Positions 48,732 through 59,356 are shown, counted from the stretch's first letter. The stretch is DNA of 64,000 nt from an uncultured Gemmatimonadaceae bacterium (GCA_963817955.1 CAWFQK010000004.1:768001-832000), one strand, 5' to 3'. A program made the numbers and translations. The notes: generated by a model from the letters alone, not told the origin.

Positions 48732-51251
48732 CTATCGCTGCCAGTGGACCAACTGAATCTCCATGGGCACGATGGCGTCGGGATGAAATGGCACCACGCG
48801 CGGTGTAAAGTCCGACGCGGGACGGCTCGTGGCCACGAATGCGCCATACGTGGCGGGTGAAACGGTCGCGGCACCAGTGCGTGCCATCAGTACGCGAGTC
48901 ACAGGTTGCTCGCCAGTCGCATCGGCATAGAGCTCAACCCGCAGCATCCCCGGGTCCACCGGCCCTGCATCTACATCCACGGAGAACAACCATCCGTCGC
49001 GCCCGGCACAAACCTCCAGCGCACCAAAACGCACGGCGTTCCATCCGCGCTCGACCGCCTGTTCCCAAGCCGCCAACTCGCGGGCGAGTTTCGCGCCCGA
49101 TCCTGCTCGCTTGTTCAGACGCTCGGCAGCAGATAGATAGACGGTGTCCACGTACTGCCGGACCATGCGATTCGTACTGAAGCGGGGCGTCAACACAGAC
49201 ATGCTCGCTCGAACGCGCGCCAGCCATCGCACCGGAAATCCACGTTCGTCGCGCGCGTAGAACTCCGGCACGATCTCGCTCTCCAGCAAGTGGTACAGCT
49301 GGTCCGCCTCGGCTGCGTCCCATGCAAGCTCGTCATGGACGCGCCCATCTCCAATGGCCCAGCCGACCTCCGGCGTGTAGGCTTCGGCCCACCAGCCGTC
49401 GAGCTCTGAGATGTTCAGCCCGCCATTCACGAGCACCTTCATGCCGCTCGTGCCACAGGCTTCCCACGGACGGCGCGGGGTGTTCAACCAGAGGTCGACG
49501 CCGCGCACGAACTCCTGCGCGAGCGACATGTCGTAGTCCTCGACGAAGACGACTCGATCCCTCGCGCGAGGATCTCGTGCCAGTTCCATCCACTCGGCGA
49601 TCATCTGCTTTCCCTGGAGATCATCGGGATGTGCCTTACCCGCGATGACGATCTGGAACGGACGCGTTCGGTCTTCGAGCAGGGCGATCAACCTGGCGCG
49701 GTCGTGCAGCAGGAGTGTTGGACGTTTGTACGCGGTAAAGCGTCGCGCGAATCCAAGCGTGAGCCCATCGGGATCCAGCACCTGGCGCGCATGCGACACG
49801 GTCGGTTCATCGGCGCCACGCACGCGAAGCTGCCGCTCGAGTCGCCGGCGGACGCTCGCGATGAGCGCGTGGCGCGCTTCGTTCCGGCAACACCACAATT
49901 CCTCATCGCCAATGGTGGCCATGTCGCGCGTGATGTCCGTGAGCGCGCCCAGCCATCGCTGTTTCCCCGACTGTTTCTCCCACAGGCGATCGGCCTGCGG
50001 AGAATCCCAGGACGGCGCATGCACGCCGTTCGTGATGTGCGTGACGGGAACTTCGGCTTCGGGCCAACGCCGGTAGAGTTCTCGAAAGAGATGCCGGCTC
50101 ACGCTGCCGTGCAGCGCACTCACGCCGTTCGCGGAGCTGCTCCCACGCATGGCAAGAAACGCCAGGTTGAACGGCTCGCTCGTATCATCCGGATCGCGCC
50201 GTCCCAACGCGAGGAGGGTGGACAGCGGCACGCCCAGCTTCTCGGCATAGATCCGCAGATACGCGACGTGCTGATCGATGAATCCAGGTCCGAAACGATC
50301 GAAGGCCGCTGGGACCGCCGAGTGGGTCGTGAACACATTCCCGGCACGCGTCGCCCACAGCGCCTCGCGGAACGAGACCTGTCCGTGCGTCATGAAGCAG
50401 CGCGCGCGCTCGAGGATGGCCAACGCGGCATGACCTTCGTTCAAGTGGCAGATGTCCACGTCGACTGCGAGTAGGTCGACGAGACGCCATCCGCCAATCC
50501 CCAGCACGACCTCCTGGAGGAACCGCACGTCGGGGCTGCCGCCATACAGTTTGCCGGTAATGCTTCGGTCCGCCGGGCTGTTGAGCGGGTCGTTGCTGTC
50601 GAGCAGATAGAGCCGCGCGCAGCCCACGACCGCCTGCCAGACGCGCAGGAACAACGTTCGCCCCGGGAAATCCAGCTCGACGCGCAGCCACCGGCCATCA
50701 CCTGCCATCACCGGCGCAATCGGAAGGCTGCTCGGATCGTTATAGGGATACAGCTCGTGCTGGCCGCCCTGCGCATCGATCGTCTGGCGAAAGTACCCCT
50801 CCTGATACAGCAGCCCAACTCCGATCACGGGCACTCCCAGGTCGCTCGCTGCCTTGAGATAGTCGCCGGCCAACACGCCCAGTCCGCCCGCGTACAGCGG
50901 GAGCGCCTCACCCAGCCCGAACTCCATGGAGAAGTACGCGACACGGCGCAATTCGACCCCGGGGTGCGCCGATGCGAACCATCCACCATCGACGACGTAC
51001 TGCCGGCGCGCCTCATCAAGACGCTGGATCTCATGGGTCAGCGATGGGTCGGACGCCAGGCGGTCGAGCCGTTCTCGCGGCACCGCTTGGAGCAGCATCC
51101 AGGGATTCTCCAACGCCGCCCATGCCTCCGGATCGAGCGCCCGCCAGATGTGATCCGCGGCGTGGCTCCACGTCCACCGCATGTCGGCAGCGAGCGCGCG
51201 CAATGGCTCGAGGGCCGGTGGTAATGCCCGAGTGATACCGTAGGCGACCAT
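48732..51251 (-). CDS. glgP: Alpha-glucan (glycogen/starch) phosphorylase
   Basis: AYFSMEFG, GGLGVLAGD, HLNEGH, FARRFTAYKR, EACGTSGMK, LDGWW. Confidence 0.95.
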   Translation of the reverse strand: MVAYGITRALPPALEPLRALAADMRWTWSHAADHIWRALDPEAWAALENPWMLLQAVPRERLDRLASDPSLTHEIQRLDEARRQYVVDGGWFASAHPGVELRRVAYFSMEFGLGEALPLYAGGLGVLAGDYLKAASDLGVPVIGVGLLYQEGYFRQTIDAQGGQHELYPYNDPSSLPIAPVMAGDGRWLRVELDFPGRTLFLRVWQAVVGCARLYLLDSNDPLNSPADRSITGKLYGGSPDVRFLQEVVLGIGGWRLVDLLAVDVDICHLNEGHAALAILERARCFMTHGQVSFREALWATRAGNVFTTHSAVPAAFDRFGPGFIDQHVAYLRIYAEKLGVPLSTLLALGRRDPDDTSEPFNLAFLAMRGSSSANGVSALHGSVSRHLFRELYRRWPEAEVPVTHITNGVHAPSWDSPQADRLWEKQSGKQRWLGALTDITRDMATIGDEELWCCRNEARHALIASVRRRLERQLRVRGADEPTVSHARQVLDPDGLTLGFARRFTAYKRPTLLLHDRARLIALLEDRTRPFQIVIAGKAHPDDLQGKQMIAEWMELARDPRARDRVVFVEDYDMSLAQEFVRGVDLWLNTPRRPWEACGTSGMKVLVNGGLNISELDGWWAEAYTPEVGWAIGDGRVHDELAWDAAEADQLYHLLESEIVPEFYARDERGFPVRWLARVRASMSVLTPRFSTNRMVRQYVDTVYLSAAERLNKRAGSGAKLARELAAWEQAVERGWNAVRFGALEVCAGRDGWLFSVDVDAGPVDPGMLRVELYADATGEQPVTRVLMARTGAATVSPATYGAFVATSRPASDFTPRVVPFHPDAIVPMEIQLVHWQR

Positions 51252-51494
51252 GATGCACCGAGATTGACCGATGTCGTGTTGAGGATAGGAACAGCAACAC
51301 CGCTGTCTGTCAGCGGCATGCCGCACCACGTCCTGGAAAGCACCGACGACCGGAGCAATTCTGGTTCTCGCATTCGGTTGCGGATATGCTCGCTTCGGCG
51401 TACGTTCGCGAGCGAATGAATGCCTAGTTTCCGAGGAACCCCGTCGTCACACCTTAGGGAACGCGCGCTCCTCCTTCCTGCTCAAGGCGCCGCC

Positions 51495-52253
51495 ATGTCG
51501 GATCTTCCTCTGCGTCAACGCACGACGACCGAGCTCGTCGATGTCGCGTTTCAAGTGTATCGGCGGGACCCCCTTCAGTTCATCCTCGGAGCGGCGCTCA
51601 TCTACGTTCCGTGGATGATTCTCCAGCTGGCGATTGGCATCCAGGCGACTGTGCTCCCGACGCCCACGCAGCTAGTCATCACCATGATTGGCGGCAGCCT
51701 CGTGTATGCCTTTGCCGGCGGCGTGACGACCATTCTCGCGAGCGACGTGTACTTCGGTCGCCCGACCGATCTTGCACGGGCGTTTCAGTCGGTGTTCACA
51801 CATGCTCTGCCGCTGCTCCTCACCTGGGTCATCACGCTCGTCTTCATGATGGTGGCTGCGGTCTTCCTGGTCCTCCCGGTGCTCTACCCCCTCGCCCGGT
51901 TCTTCTGTGTTCGGCAGGTCGTGCTCCTCGAAGACGGCTCCGCCGGTCGCGCATTGTCGCGCTCATCAAAGCTGTCGGAGGGCACCAAGCGGCACATCTT
52001 GAACACGTTGCTCCTCATCGGGCTGCTGGTAATGGCCGTCTCCATCGGCGGTGGGGCATTCGTGGGATTGATCCCGAACCGTATCATTCAATTGACGCTG
52101 CGCACCGCCATTACCGCGCTGATCTTCCCGTTCTGGGGCATCACGGAAACGTTGCTCTACTACGATCTGCGCATCCGCAAAGAGGGGTTCGACGTAGAGC
52201 ACCTCGCGTCGATCGTGACAGATGGCGAACCGACGACGGCGGCCTCGGCCTGA
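51495..52253 (+). CDS. Hypothetical integral membrane protein, first gene of the MoxR operon
   Basis: About 6 TM segments; ALSRS and LLYYDLRIRKEGFD motifs commonly seen beside DUF4129 genes. Confidence 0.75.
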   Translation: MSDLPLRQRTTTELVDVAFQVYRRDPLQFILGAALIYVPWMILQLAIGIQATVLPTPTQLVITMIGGSLVYAFAGGVTTILASDVYFGRPTDLARAFQSVFTHALPLLLTWVITLVFMMVAAVFLVLPVLYPLARFFCVRQVVLLEDGSAGRALSRSSKLSEGTKRHILNTLLLIGLLVMAVSIGGGAFVGLIPNRIIQLTLRTAITALIFPFWGITETLLYYDLRIRKEGFDVEHLASIVTDGEPTTAASA

Positions 52254-52257
52254 GGGC

Positions 52258-52872
52258 ATGAGCACCCTCTCGGTCCCCTGGTCCGCTCGGCAGATTCACG
52301 ACACGATCGCCAAGATTGCCGCGCAGCCGGCGTACGCATCGCACGCGCGCGAATCCCTGCTCGGCCGCCTCCTGCGGTACCTGCTGGACCGACTCAGCGC
52401 GTTCATCCACTATTTCAGGGGCTCGGTCGATGCCCGCATTGCCTTGATCGTCGGGGCAGTGCTTGTCGCGGCCATCGTCGCTGCCCGTATCATCGTCACT
52501 CGCCGGTTGACCGAAGACCAGCGCCGGCGCGGACTGGGCATTCGCGCGAATCGCGGCGAGAGCGTGGACTATTGGATCGTGGCACGCGATGAGGCGTCGA
52601 ACGGCCGCTACGCTGACGCATGTCATGCAGTGTACGCCGCCGTGCTCGACACATTCGCGCGCGAAGGTGTCGTGACATTTCATCCGTCCAAGACCAGCGG
52701 GGACTACGCGCGCGAACTGCGGCGTGCCGGCGTGCCGGCCCTCGCCGACTTTCGAACGTTCACTCGGCAATTCGGTCGGGTCATTTTCGGCGAGCTGAGC
52801 GTGAGCGCCGATGATTATGCGCGTCTCCGCGCGTTGGCGGAGCGGGCGGCGCGCATTCAGGCGGCCGCGTGA
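52258..52872 (+). CDS. DUF4129 domain protein
   Basis: TM segment then GRYADA...PSKTSGDYAREL...FG..IFG..DDY. Confidence 0.75.
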   Translation: MSTLSVPWSARQIHDTIAKIAAQPAYASHARESLLGRLLRYLLDRLSAFIHYFRGSVDARIALIVGAVLVAAIVAARIIVTRRLTEDQRRRGLGIRANRGESVDYWIVARDEASNGRYADACHAVYAAVLDTFAREGVVTFHPSKTSGDYARELRRAGVPALADFRTFTRQFGRVIFGELSVSADDYARLRALAERAARIQAAA

Positions 52873-54092
52873 CGACCGGTCTCGTCGTCGGTCATCGCCG
52901 CATTGGTCCAGGCGCACTGCTCGTCGCGCTCATCGGAGTGGCAATCATCGTTGCACTGATCACGCCCGAATCGCCGGAATCCGCGGCTGGAGGGCGGAGC
53001 AGTTACTCCACCGCGCCGGGCGGCACGCGAATGGTCTATGAGCTCGCACAGCGAATGGGATGGCAGACCGCGCGGCGGGAATCGCCACTCGACTCGGTGG
53101 CAAGCCCCTCGGTGCAGGTCGTGCTCGGGCCGCAGCAAGCCCTCGGCGCGGTGGAAGTTCATCGTTTGCTCAACAATGCCCGGCGCGGCGGCGGGCTGAT
53201 CTTCGACGTGGAGGACGCCGACGAGATCGCCGATTCGCTCGGCGTGACGCTGGATGCGACCCGTCAAGTGATGATGTCCGGGGTCGGCGACGCCGACTGC
53301 CATGACACGCGCTCGTTTCGCGAGCGTATGGCAGGTTCTCTGCCGCCGGTCGTACACGAGTTGCGATGGCGGCGGCCGCCGCCCGGCGTGGTGACCACCA
53401 TATCGGCAGCGGGAGGAATGCGAACCCGCCTCGCGGTGGGCGCCGCATTTGCGTTGGGGGCCGGCCGTGTCGTGGCCATGAGCTCGTCCGCGATCCTCAG
53501 CAACGACGCGGTGCAGACCTGCGCGTGGGGAGCTGATGTCGCATCGGCGCGCGCGCTCGACTTCGTGAGGCCTGTAGGGGTCAATCATCCCCTGATCGTG
53601 TTCGACGAGTACCATCACGGCCGCGGACTGCACGGCGGAAGCATGCGAGCGATGTCGCTATTTCTCGCGCACACGGCGTCGGGCCATTTTCTCGCACAGG
53701 CTCTGATTGCGGCGCTGGTGCTCTTGGTGGCGAAGATGCCGCGCCCCATCGCTCCGCACGACCCGGAACGCATTCCACGCCGATCGCCACTGGAGCACGC
53801 CGATGCGCTCGCGCACGCGTATGCCGACGTCGCGGCGACGCGTACCGCAACGGCTCGGCTGGTCGGCGGACTGCGACGGCGCACTGGGCGCACCGTTGCC
53901 GTGCATGCTGCCGACAGTGACTCGGCATTTCTCAGCGCGGTCGAGCGCCGCACACCGGCGCTTGGCGCGAGCATCCACGTGGTGCAGCGCGCCATGGCGG
54001 AACCGCTCCTGCCGCGGGAATTCGCCGCGGTTGCCGGCGCAATCCGCGACATCGAGCAGCAACTCACGACCTCTCCTCCAGCAAAATCATGA
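52869..54092 (+). CDS. DUF4350 domain membrane-anchored protein
   Basis: SSYSTAPGGT, GAGRVV, FDEYHHG, RRSPLEHADALAHAY. Confidence 0.75.
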   Translation: MTTGLVVGHRRIGPGALLVALIGVAIIVALITPESPESAAGGRSSYSTAPGGTRMVYELAQRMGWQTARRESPLDSVASPSVQVVLGPQQALGAVEVHRLLNNARRGGGLIFDVEDADEIADSLGVTLDATRQVMMSGVGDADCHDTRSFRERMAGSLPPVVHELRWRRPPPGVVTTISAAGGMRTRLAVGAAFALGAGRVVAMSSSAILSNDAVQTCAWGADVASARALDFVRPVGVNHPLIVFDEYHHGRGLHGGSMRAMSLFLAHTASGHFLAQALIAALVLLVAKMPRPIAPHDPERIPRRSPLEHADALAHAYADVAATRTATARLVGGLRRRTGRTVAVHAADSDSAFLSAVERRTPALGASIHVVQRAMAEPLLPREFAAVAGAIRDIEQQLTTSPPAKS

Positions 54093-54111
54093 GCATCTCC
54101 ATAGCCAAGTC

Positions 54112-55077
54112 ATGAGCATCTCCATACAAGAAGGCTCCGCGATGTTGAGCACCGTCCGCGACGCGGTCGCGACGCGAGTCATCGGCCAGGAGGCGGCGAT
54201 CGACGACGTGCTCGTCGCGTTCCTTGCGCGCGGACACGCCCTGATCGAGGGCGTGCCGGGCACGGCGAAAACGCTGCTGGTCCGAACCATGGCGAGCGCC
54301 ATGACGGCGCGATTCACGCGCATTCAGTTCACGCCGGATCTCATGCCGGCCGATGTCACCGGCGTGGCGCTCTATCGCGAGTCCGCGCGCGGCTTCGAGT
54401 TCCAGCCCGGACCCGTGTTCACTGATCTGTTGCTGGCCGACGAGATCAACCGCGCGCCAGCCAAGACCCAGGCGGCTCTGCTCGAGGCGATGTCCGAGCG
54501 GCAGGTCACCGTTGACGGCAAGACCCACCCCCTCGACTCGCTGTTCACCGTGCTGGCGACCCAGAACCCGGTTGAACACGAAGGAACCTTTCCGCTTCCG
54601 GAAGCACAGCTCGACCGATTTCTGCTCAAGATCATCGTGGGGTACCCGCCGCTCGATGCAGAATTGCAGATGCTCACCCTGCACGAAGGGGGATTCGATC
54701 CTGACGCCGGCGGCGCGATGACGATCATCGAGCCTGTATTGACGGCTGACGCGGCGCGCCAATGCCGTGCGCTCACGGACAGTGTGCGTGTGGCACCGGA
54801 GATCCGTGAATACATCGCCTCGATCACGCGTGCCACGAGAGAGGACCCATCGCTCGTGCTCGGCGCGTCGCCTCGCGCCGGCGTGGCGCTCATGCGCGCC
54901 GCCCGGGCCGGCGCCGTGCTCGAGGGACGCGACTACGTCGTGCCGGACGACGTGAAGGCCCGCGCGTTGGCGGTGCTGCGCCATCGCGTCATCCTCGCCC
55001 CCGAGCTCGAAGTGGAAGGACGTAGCACGGACGACGTGCTCGCCGCCGTGCTCGACCGAGCGAAGGTGCCAACCTGA
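54112..55077 (+). CDS. moxR: MoxR family AAA+ ATPase
   Basis: EGVPGTAKT, RIQFTPDLMPAD, DEINRAPAKTQ, ATQNP, LPEAQLDRF, SPR. Confidence 0.95.
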   Translation: MSISIQEGSAMLSTVRDAVATRVIGQEAAIDDVLVAFLARGHALIEGVPGTAKTLLVRTMASAMTARFTRIQFTPDLMPADVTGVALYRESARGFEFQPGPVFTDLLLADEINRAPAKTQAALLEAMSERQVTVDGKTHPLDSLFTVLATQNPVEHEGTFPLPEAQLDRFLLKIIVGYPPLDAELQMLTLHEGGFDPDAGGAMTIIEPVLTADAARQCRALTDSVRVAPEIREYIASITRATREDPSLVLGASPRAGVALMRAARAGAVLEGRDYVVPDDVKARALAVLRHRVILAPELEVEGRSTDDVLAAVLDRAKVPT

Positions 55078-55079
55078 CC

Positions 55080-56435
55080 ATGTTCAACGCGGTCGCCGAG
55101 CGGCTGCGCCGACGCAATCCGCTGTGGAGCGTTTACCCGACGCCGCGGCTTGCGCTGCTCGTTCTCGCGCTCGGGGTGTTGTGGATCGTTCCCGGAAACC
55201 TTGGCGTAATTGCCGCGACGGTTGGCGTTGCCGCGATCGTCGCGGCCTGCGCCATCGACTACGTGCGGTTGCCGCATCGCGCGTACCTCGACGTGACGCG
55301 GACAGCGCCCGACGTCGTGGGGCTCGGCGACGCTTCAGTGTTCCGTTATGCCGTCCGCTCGCAGTGGCCATGGCCCATCCGCGTTCGGGTGAGCGACGAG
55401 ATTCCTTCCGCCATCGACGCGGGCGCACCGCCGGATGCATTCCGGATCGGCGGACGCGACGAGCTTCTCCTGAATCTGCCGGCCGTGGCGAACGAGCGCG
55501 GGCGAGTCCTCCTTGGCGCGATCGCACTGCGTATCACGACTCCGCTTGGCGTGCTGCAACGCATCTTGCGATTCGAACCGGGCGGAGCGGTGGTCGTGGT
55601 ACCGTCATTCACCAACGTGCGCCGCTTCCGGCTGCTCGCCATGCAGCATCGCTTGAGCGATGCCGGGGTTCGTGCGCTCAGACTGCGCGGCGAAGGAAGC
55701 GCATTTGCCGGCCTGCGCGACTACGTGCCGGGTGACGATCCGCGGATGGTCGACTGGAAAGCGACGGCCCGCCACGCGCGCCTGATCACGCGCGAGCAGA
55801 CGATCGAGCGGTCCCAGACCGTGGTGTCGATGATCGATTGCGGGCGCGCTATGACGCAGCTCGCGGGCCGGTACTCCCGCCTGGAGCACGTCCTGTCCGC
55901 CGCGTTGGTGCTCGGCGACGTCGCCGCCACGAGCGGCGATCGCGTCGGCCTGATTGCCTTCGATGATACTGTTCGTGCGTTCGTGCCGCCGCAGCGTGGC
56001 GTGACCGCGTTGCGAAGCTTGCGCACGGGCCTCAGCGCACTCAGTGCCACCATGACCGAGCCCGACTATGCCGCGGCCTTCCGCCTCTTGGCAACGCGAC
56101 AACCCCACCGCGCACTGGTAGTGCTGTACACCGATGTGATCGACGCCCGCACCGCACGAACGTTCATCGCCCACGTCGGCAGGGCGGCGCAGCGACACAT
56201 GTTCGTTGTCGTCGCCATTCAGAACGAGGCGCTGCTCGCCGCCGCGTATCCGAGCCCCGCCGGATCACTCGCGCTGTTTCGGAGCGCTGCGGCCGAGGAG
56301 CTCATCCGAGAGCGAGAGGAGGCCCTGGCGCGGATGCGCCGCGCCGGCGTCACGGTCCTCGATGTTCCTCCCGGTCAGATGGCTGCTGCGGTCGTCAACC
56401 GATACCTCGAGATCAAGGCCCGCGGGCTTCTGTGA
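55080..56435 (+). CDS. DUF58 (vWA-like) protein
   Basis: LRDYVPGDDPRMVDWKATAR, DCGRAM, GDRVGL, YLEIKARGLL. Confidence 0.9.
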   Translation: MFNAVAERLRRRNPLWSVYPTPRLALLVLALGVLWIVPGNLGVIAATVGVAAIVAACAIDYVRLPHRAYLDVTRTAPDVVGLGDASVFRYAVRSQWPWPIRVRVSDEIPSAIDAGAPPDAFRIGGRDELLLNLPAVANERGRVLLGAIALRITTPLGVLQRILRFEPGGAVVVVPSFTNVRRFRLLAMQHRLSDAGVRALRLRGEGSAFAGLRDYVPGDDPRMVDWKATARHARLITREQTIERSQTVVSMIDCGRAMTQLAGRYSRLEHVLSAALVLGDVAATSGDRVGLIAFDDTVRAFVPPQRGVTALRSLRTGLSALSATMTEPDYAAAFRLLATRQPHRALVVLYTDVIDARTARTFIAHVGRAAQRHMFVVVAIQNEALLAAAYPSPAGSLALFRSAAAEELIREREEALARMRRAGVTVLDVPPGQMAAAVVNRYLEIKARGLL

Positions 56436-58229
56436 TCCTGCGCCACCGCGCAGATAGGCCACGAGCAACACCAGTGTCGCGGCCGAGACCAGGAGTTTGA
56501 GCGACACGGGCCAGTACGGAATGGGCGAGACCATTCCCTCGAGCGATCCCGCGAAGACGAGCAGGAATGTCGCGCAAGCCATGAGACGCATGGCACGTTG
56601 ACTGTTCTCGGCGAGTGCTCGACGGCGGGTGCGATCGCCGGGCAGCAACAGCGCACCCGCGATCAAGAGCCCTCCCCCCGCGCCGATGCAGATTGCCGAG
56701 AGCTCCAGCACCCCGTGCGGAGCGACGAATGCCACGAGCAGCGACAGAATTCTCTTCGACGCGTACAGCCCGAACACGCCGCCGAGCGAAATGCCGTTCA
56801 GCAACAGTAAGAGCAGCGTCCCGATGCCGGCCGTCACCCCGAAGGCGAACGTCGCGATCGTGACCTGGACATTGTTCGCGATGATGCTGCTGGCCATCAC
56901 GGGCCGGAACACTTCGGGATCGGGGATGTAGCCGTCGCCGCTCTTTGCGCGCACAACGCCGGCCTCGGCGCGATCCAGCATGGTCGTGGGAATGAAGATC
57001 GCCGCCACGACGGGATCGCGAACGACGGCGACGTACGATATGCCTGCCGGCACGAACAGGAACGCTGCCGCGAGCACGATCGGCGCGTACGACCGTCGAA
57101 CCTCGGTCGGCACGTCGATCGCAATAAAGCGGAGAATCTCGCGCCAGCCACTCCGGCGATCCCGATATAAGAGATTGTGTGCACCAGCCACCAGCCGGCC
57201 CAGATAGAACAGGTCGTCGCTCGGCGCGCCGCGCGCGGCGGTGCGAAGCCGCGCGAGGTCTACGGATAGGGCCCGATACTCGGCGACGAACGATCGAACG
57301 CCGCTTTCACCGAGCGACTTCAATCCGCCATGCTGCGCCCTGGCAAGCGTGGCCGCGAACTCAGTCCACCGCGGCGAGCTGGTCGCGACAATGGCGTACC
57401 GTTCGCGCGTTGCGCCCGTAGCCCCGCGAGCCGCGGCACCGTGCTCGCGAGCCGTGCGCTCCGACGCGAGCAAGTGCAAGAGCCGCGCGCCCTCGCTCGA
57501 CGACTGCAACTCCGGCAGGGCGCGGGCCAGGCGTTTCGCCACCTGCACGGTGAGCTGCCGCCGGCGTTCGGGCTCGAGCGCACTCCGGCGGTCCGCCCAC
57601 CGAACGAGCAGATCGTACTCGTCGTCGGTGAGCTGTGCGAGTACCGTTGCGGGTAGTGCGGCAGCAGAGCTGCCACGCGTGGTAACACGAGCGGGCTTCC
57701 GCACCATTGCTTCCCGGACGACGAGCGTGCCCGCCACGATATCTCCAAGGCGCTTGCCCGACTTGGACAACGCCATGCTCGTGATTCCGACGGCATAACA
57801 GAACGCCGGTTGCAGATCGATGATGCGCATGAGATTGCGGACCGCCGACGCCGCGAATCCAACGGAGTACCCGCCGTCTCGTACCGTGCGGAGCCCGAGT
57901 ATCCGCTTGCCGGGAGTCTGTCCGTCGCGCAGTCCTTCGAACAACAGGTAGTAGCCCCACAACAGCACGAACTGGACAAGGATGATCACGGCCATCGCCC
58001 ATGCTGTCGAGGGCCCGGAACCGTCGTTCAATCGGACCAGAGCTTCTTTTGGACTGAGGGCTGCCGACGCAATCACGATCGCCAGCAACGTCACCATGCA
58101 GATCACGAGATCGATCAGGCCCGCGTACACGCGAGAACCGATGCCGGCTATGGTGTACGACACCACGACCAGTTCGGGCGTCTCGATGTCAACGGTCTGC
58201 GTCAGGTGTTCATGCTGGATCTGGGCCAT
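56265..58229 (-). CDS. RDD domain fused to SpoIIM (DUF95) membrane domain
   Basis: IETPE, AGIGSR...D, GQTPGKR, RLGDIVAGT (RDD); YR..SVDLAR, NNVQV, PHGVLEL, LEG (SpoIIM). Confidence 0.88.
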   Translation of the reverse strand: MAQIQHEHLTQTVDIETPELVVVSYTIAGIGSRVYAGLIDLVICMVTLLAIVIASAALSPKEALVRLNDGSGPSTAWAMAVIILVQFVLLWGYYLLFEGLRDGQTPGKRILGLRTVRDGGYSVGFAASAVRNLMRIIDLQPAFCYAVGITSMALSKSGKRLGDIVAGTLVVREAMVRKPARVTTRGSSAAALPATVLAQLTDDEYDLLVRWADRRSALEPERRRQLTVQVAKRLARALPELQSSSEGARLLHLLASERTAREHGAAARGATGATRERYAIVATSSPRWTEFAATLARAQHGGLKSLGESGVRSFVAEYRALSVDLARLRTAARGAPSDDLFYLGRLVAGAHNLLYRDRRSGWREILRFIAIDVPTEVRRSYAPIVLAAAFLFVPAGISYVAVVRDPVVAAIFIPTTMLDRAEAGVVRAKSGDGYIPDPEVFRPVMASSIIANNVQVTIATFAFGVTAGIGTLLLLLLNGISLGGVFGLYASKRILSLLVAFVAPHGVLELSAICIGAGGGLLIAGALLLPGDRTRRRALAENSQRAMRLMACATFLLVFAGSLEGMVSPIPYWPVSLKLLVSAATLVLLVAYLRGGAGSQKPAGLDLEVSVDDRSSHLTGRNIEDRDAGAAHPRQGLLSLSDELLGRSAPKQRE

Positions 58230-58335
58230 TCAGGGAGCATGTGCACGAGGGCCGCTGCCGGCAAGGACCGCTTAGTATGCGAGCATGCCGGTTCGCGGGC
58301 TCATCATAGATGTGGGTGTGTGGAGGTTGCATAGA

Positions 58336-59232
58336 ATGCCTGGTCGTGAGCGAGCGTTGGTCCTTGGTGGTGGCGGATCGGCAGGTAACGCGTGGGAGAT
58401 CGGCGTCATCGCCGGCCTGTTCGATGCCGGGTTGGACGTGACCGAGGCCGATCTGATCATCGGGACGTCGGCCGGATCGACGGTTGCGGCCCAGATAACT
58501 GGCGCGACCCCGGCCAAACTGCTTGCCGACATCCTTGCCGCTGCGCCCCCGCCAGGGACTGGTCCGGTCGGATCCGACCGTGGACGCGTTCTGAATAGGC
58601 CGGTGGCGGACCATATGGAGAGGACGGGCGCAATCTTCGGCGCCGCGGTGGATGCCGCCGACATGCGCCGCAGAATGGGTGCGGCGGCGCTCGAATGGGA
58701 TGCGGCGTCGGGCAGCTCTTCGCAAGCGCAGTGGCGCGCCACGGTCGCCGGTCGGCTGCCCAGTGAGCACTGGCCGCAGCGACCGATGCTCATCGTGGCT
58801 GTCGATGCCCATACCGGTGAACCGGTCGTGTTCGACCGCCACAGCGGAGTCGACCTGGTGGACGCCGTAGCCGCCAGTTGTGCCAATGGCTTCGGTGTCG
58901 CTCCCCACAGTATCGGCGACAACCGATACATAGACGGTGGCTACCGATCCGTCGAGAATGCCGATCTGGCAGCCGGATACGGGCGGGTGCTGGTGCTGTC
59001 ACCATTCGGCGGCAGGTCACGGGCGCCGCTGGAGTGGGGCATCCATCTCGGAGCGCAGGTCGATGAATTACGCGCGGGCGGCAGCAGAGTCGAGACGATC
59101 TTCCCGGATAGCAACTCCCGCGACGCGTTTGGCGACAATGTGATGAATCCGTCGACGCGTCCGCCGGCAGCGCGAGCCGGGTACGACCAAGGCAGAGCGC
59201 TAGGGGGGCAGCTCAGCGAATTCTGGCGGTGA
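58336..59232 (+). CDS. Patatin-like phospholipase
   Basis: LVLGGGG, GTSAG, AASC, YIDGG. Confidence 0.92.
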   Translation: MPGRERALVLGGGGSAGNAWEIGVIAGLFDAGLDVTEADLIIGTSAGSTVAAQITGATPAKLLADILAAAPPPGTGPVGSDRGRVLNRPVADHMERTGAIFGAAVDAADMRRRMGAAALEWDAASGSSSQAQWRATVAGRLPSEHWPQRPMLIVAVDAHTGEPVVFDRHSGVDLVDAVAASCANGFGVAPHSIGDNRYIDGGYRSVENADLAAGYGRVLVLSPFGGRSRAPLEWGIHLGAQVDELRAGGSRVETIFPDSNSRDAFGDNVMNPSTRPPAARAGYDQGRALGGQLSEFWR

Positions 59233-59356
59233 CGCCCCGCGTTGGTTTCAGGCTGTCCCAGGTGGTATACTGACAGGGAATCGGCGGGTGAAGGTTCCGC
59301 GTGGCGTCCGATCGCCGTTGCGGGCTATCTTCTGAAGCTCCTGCAGGAGGGATTCA

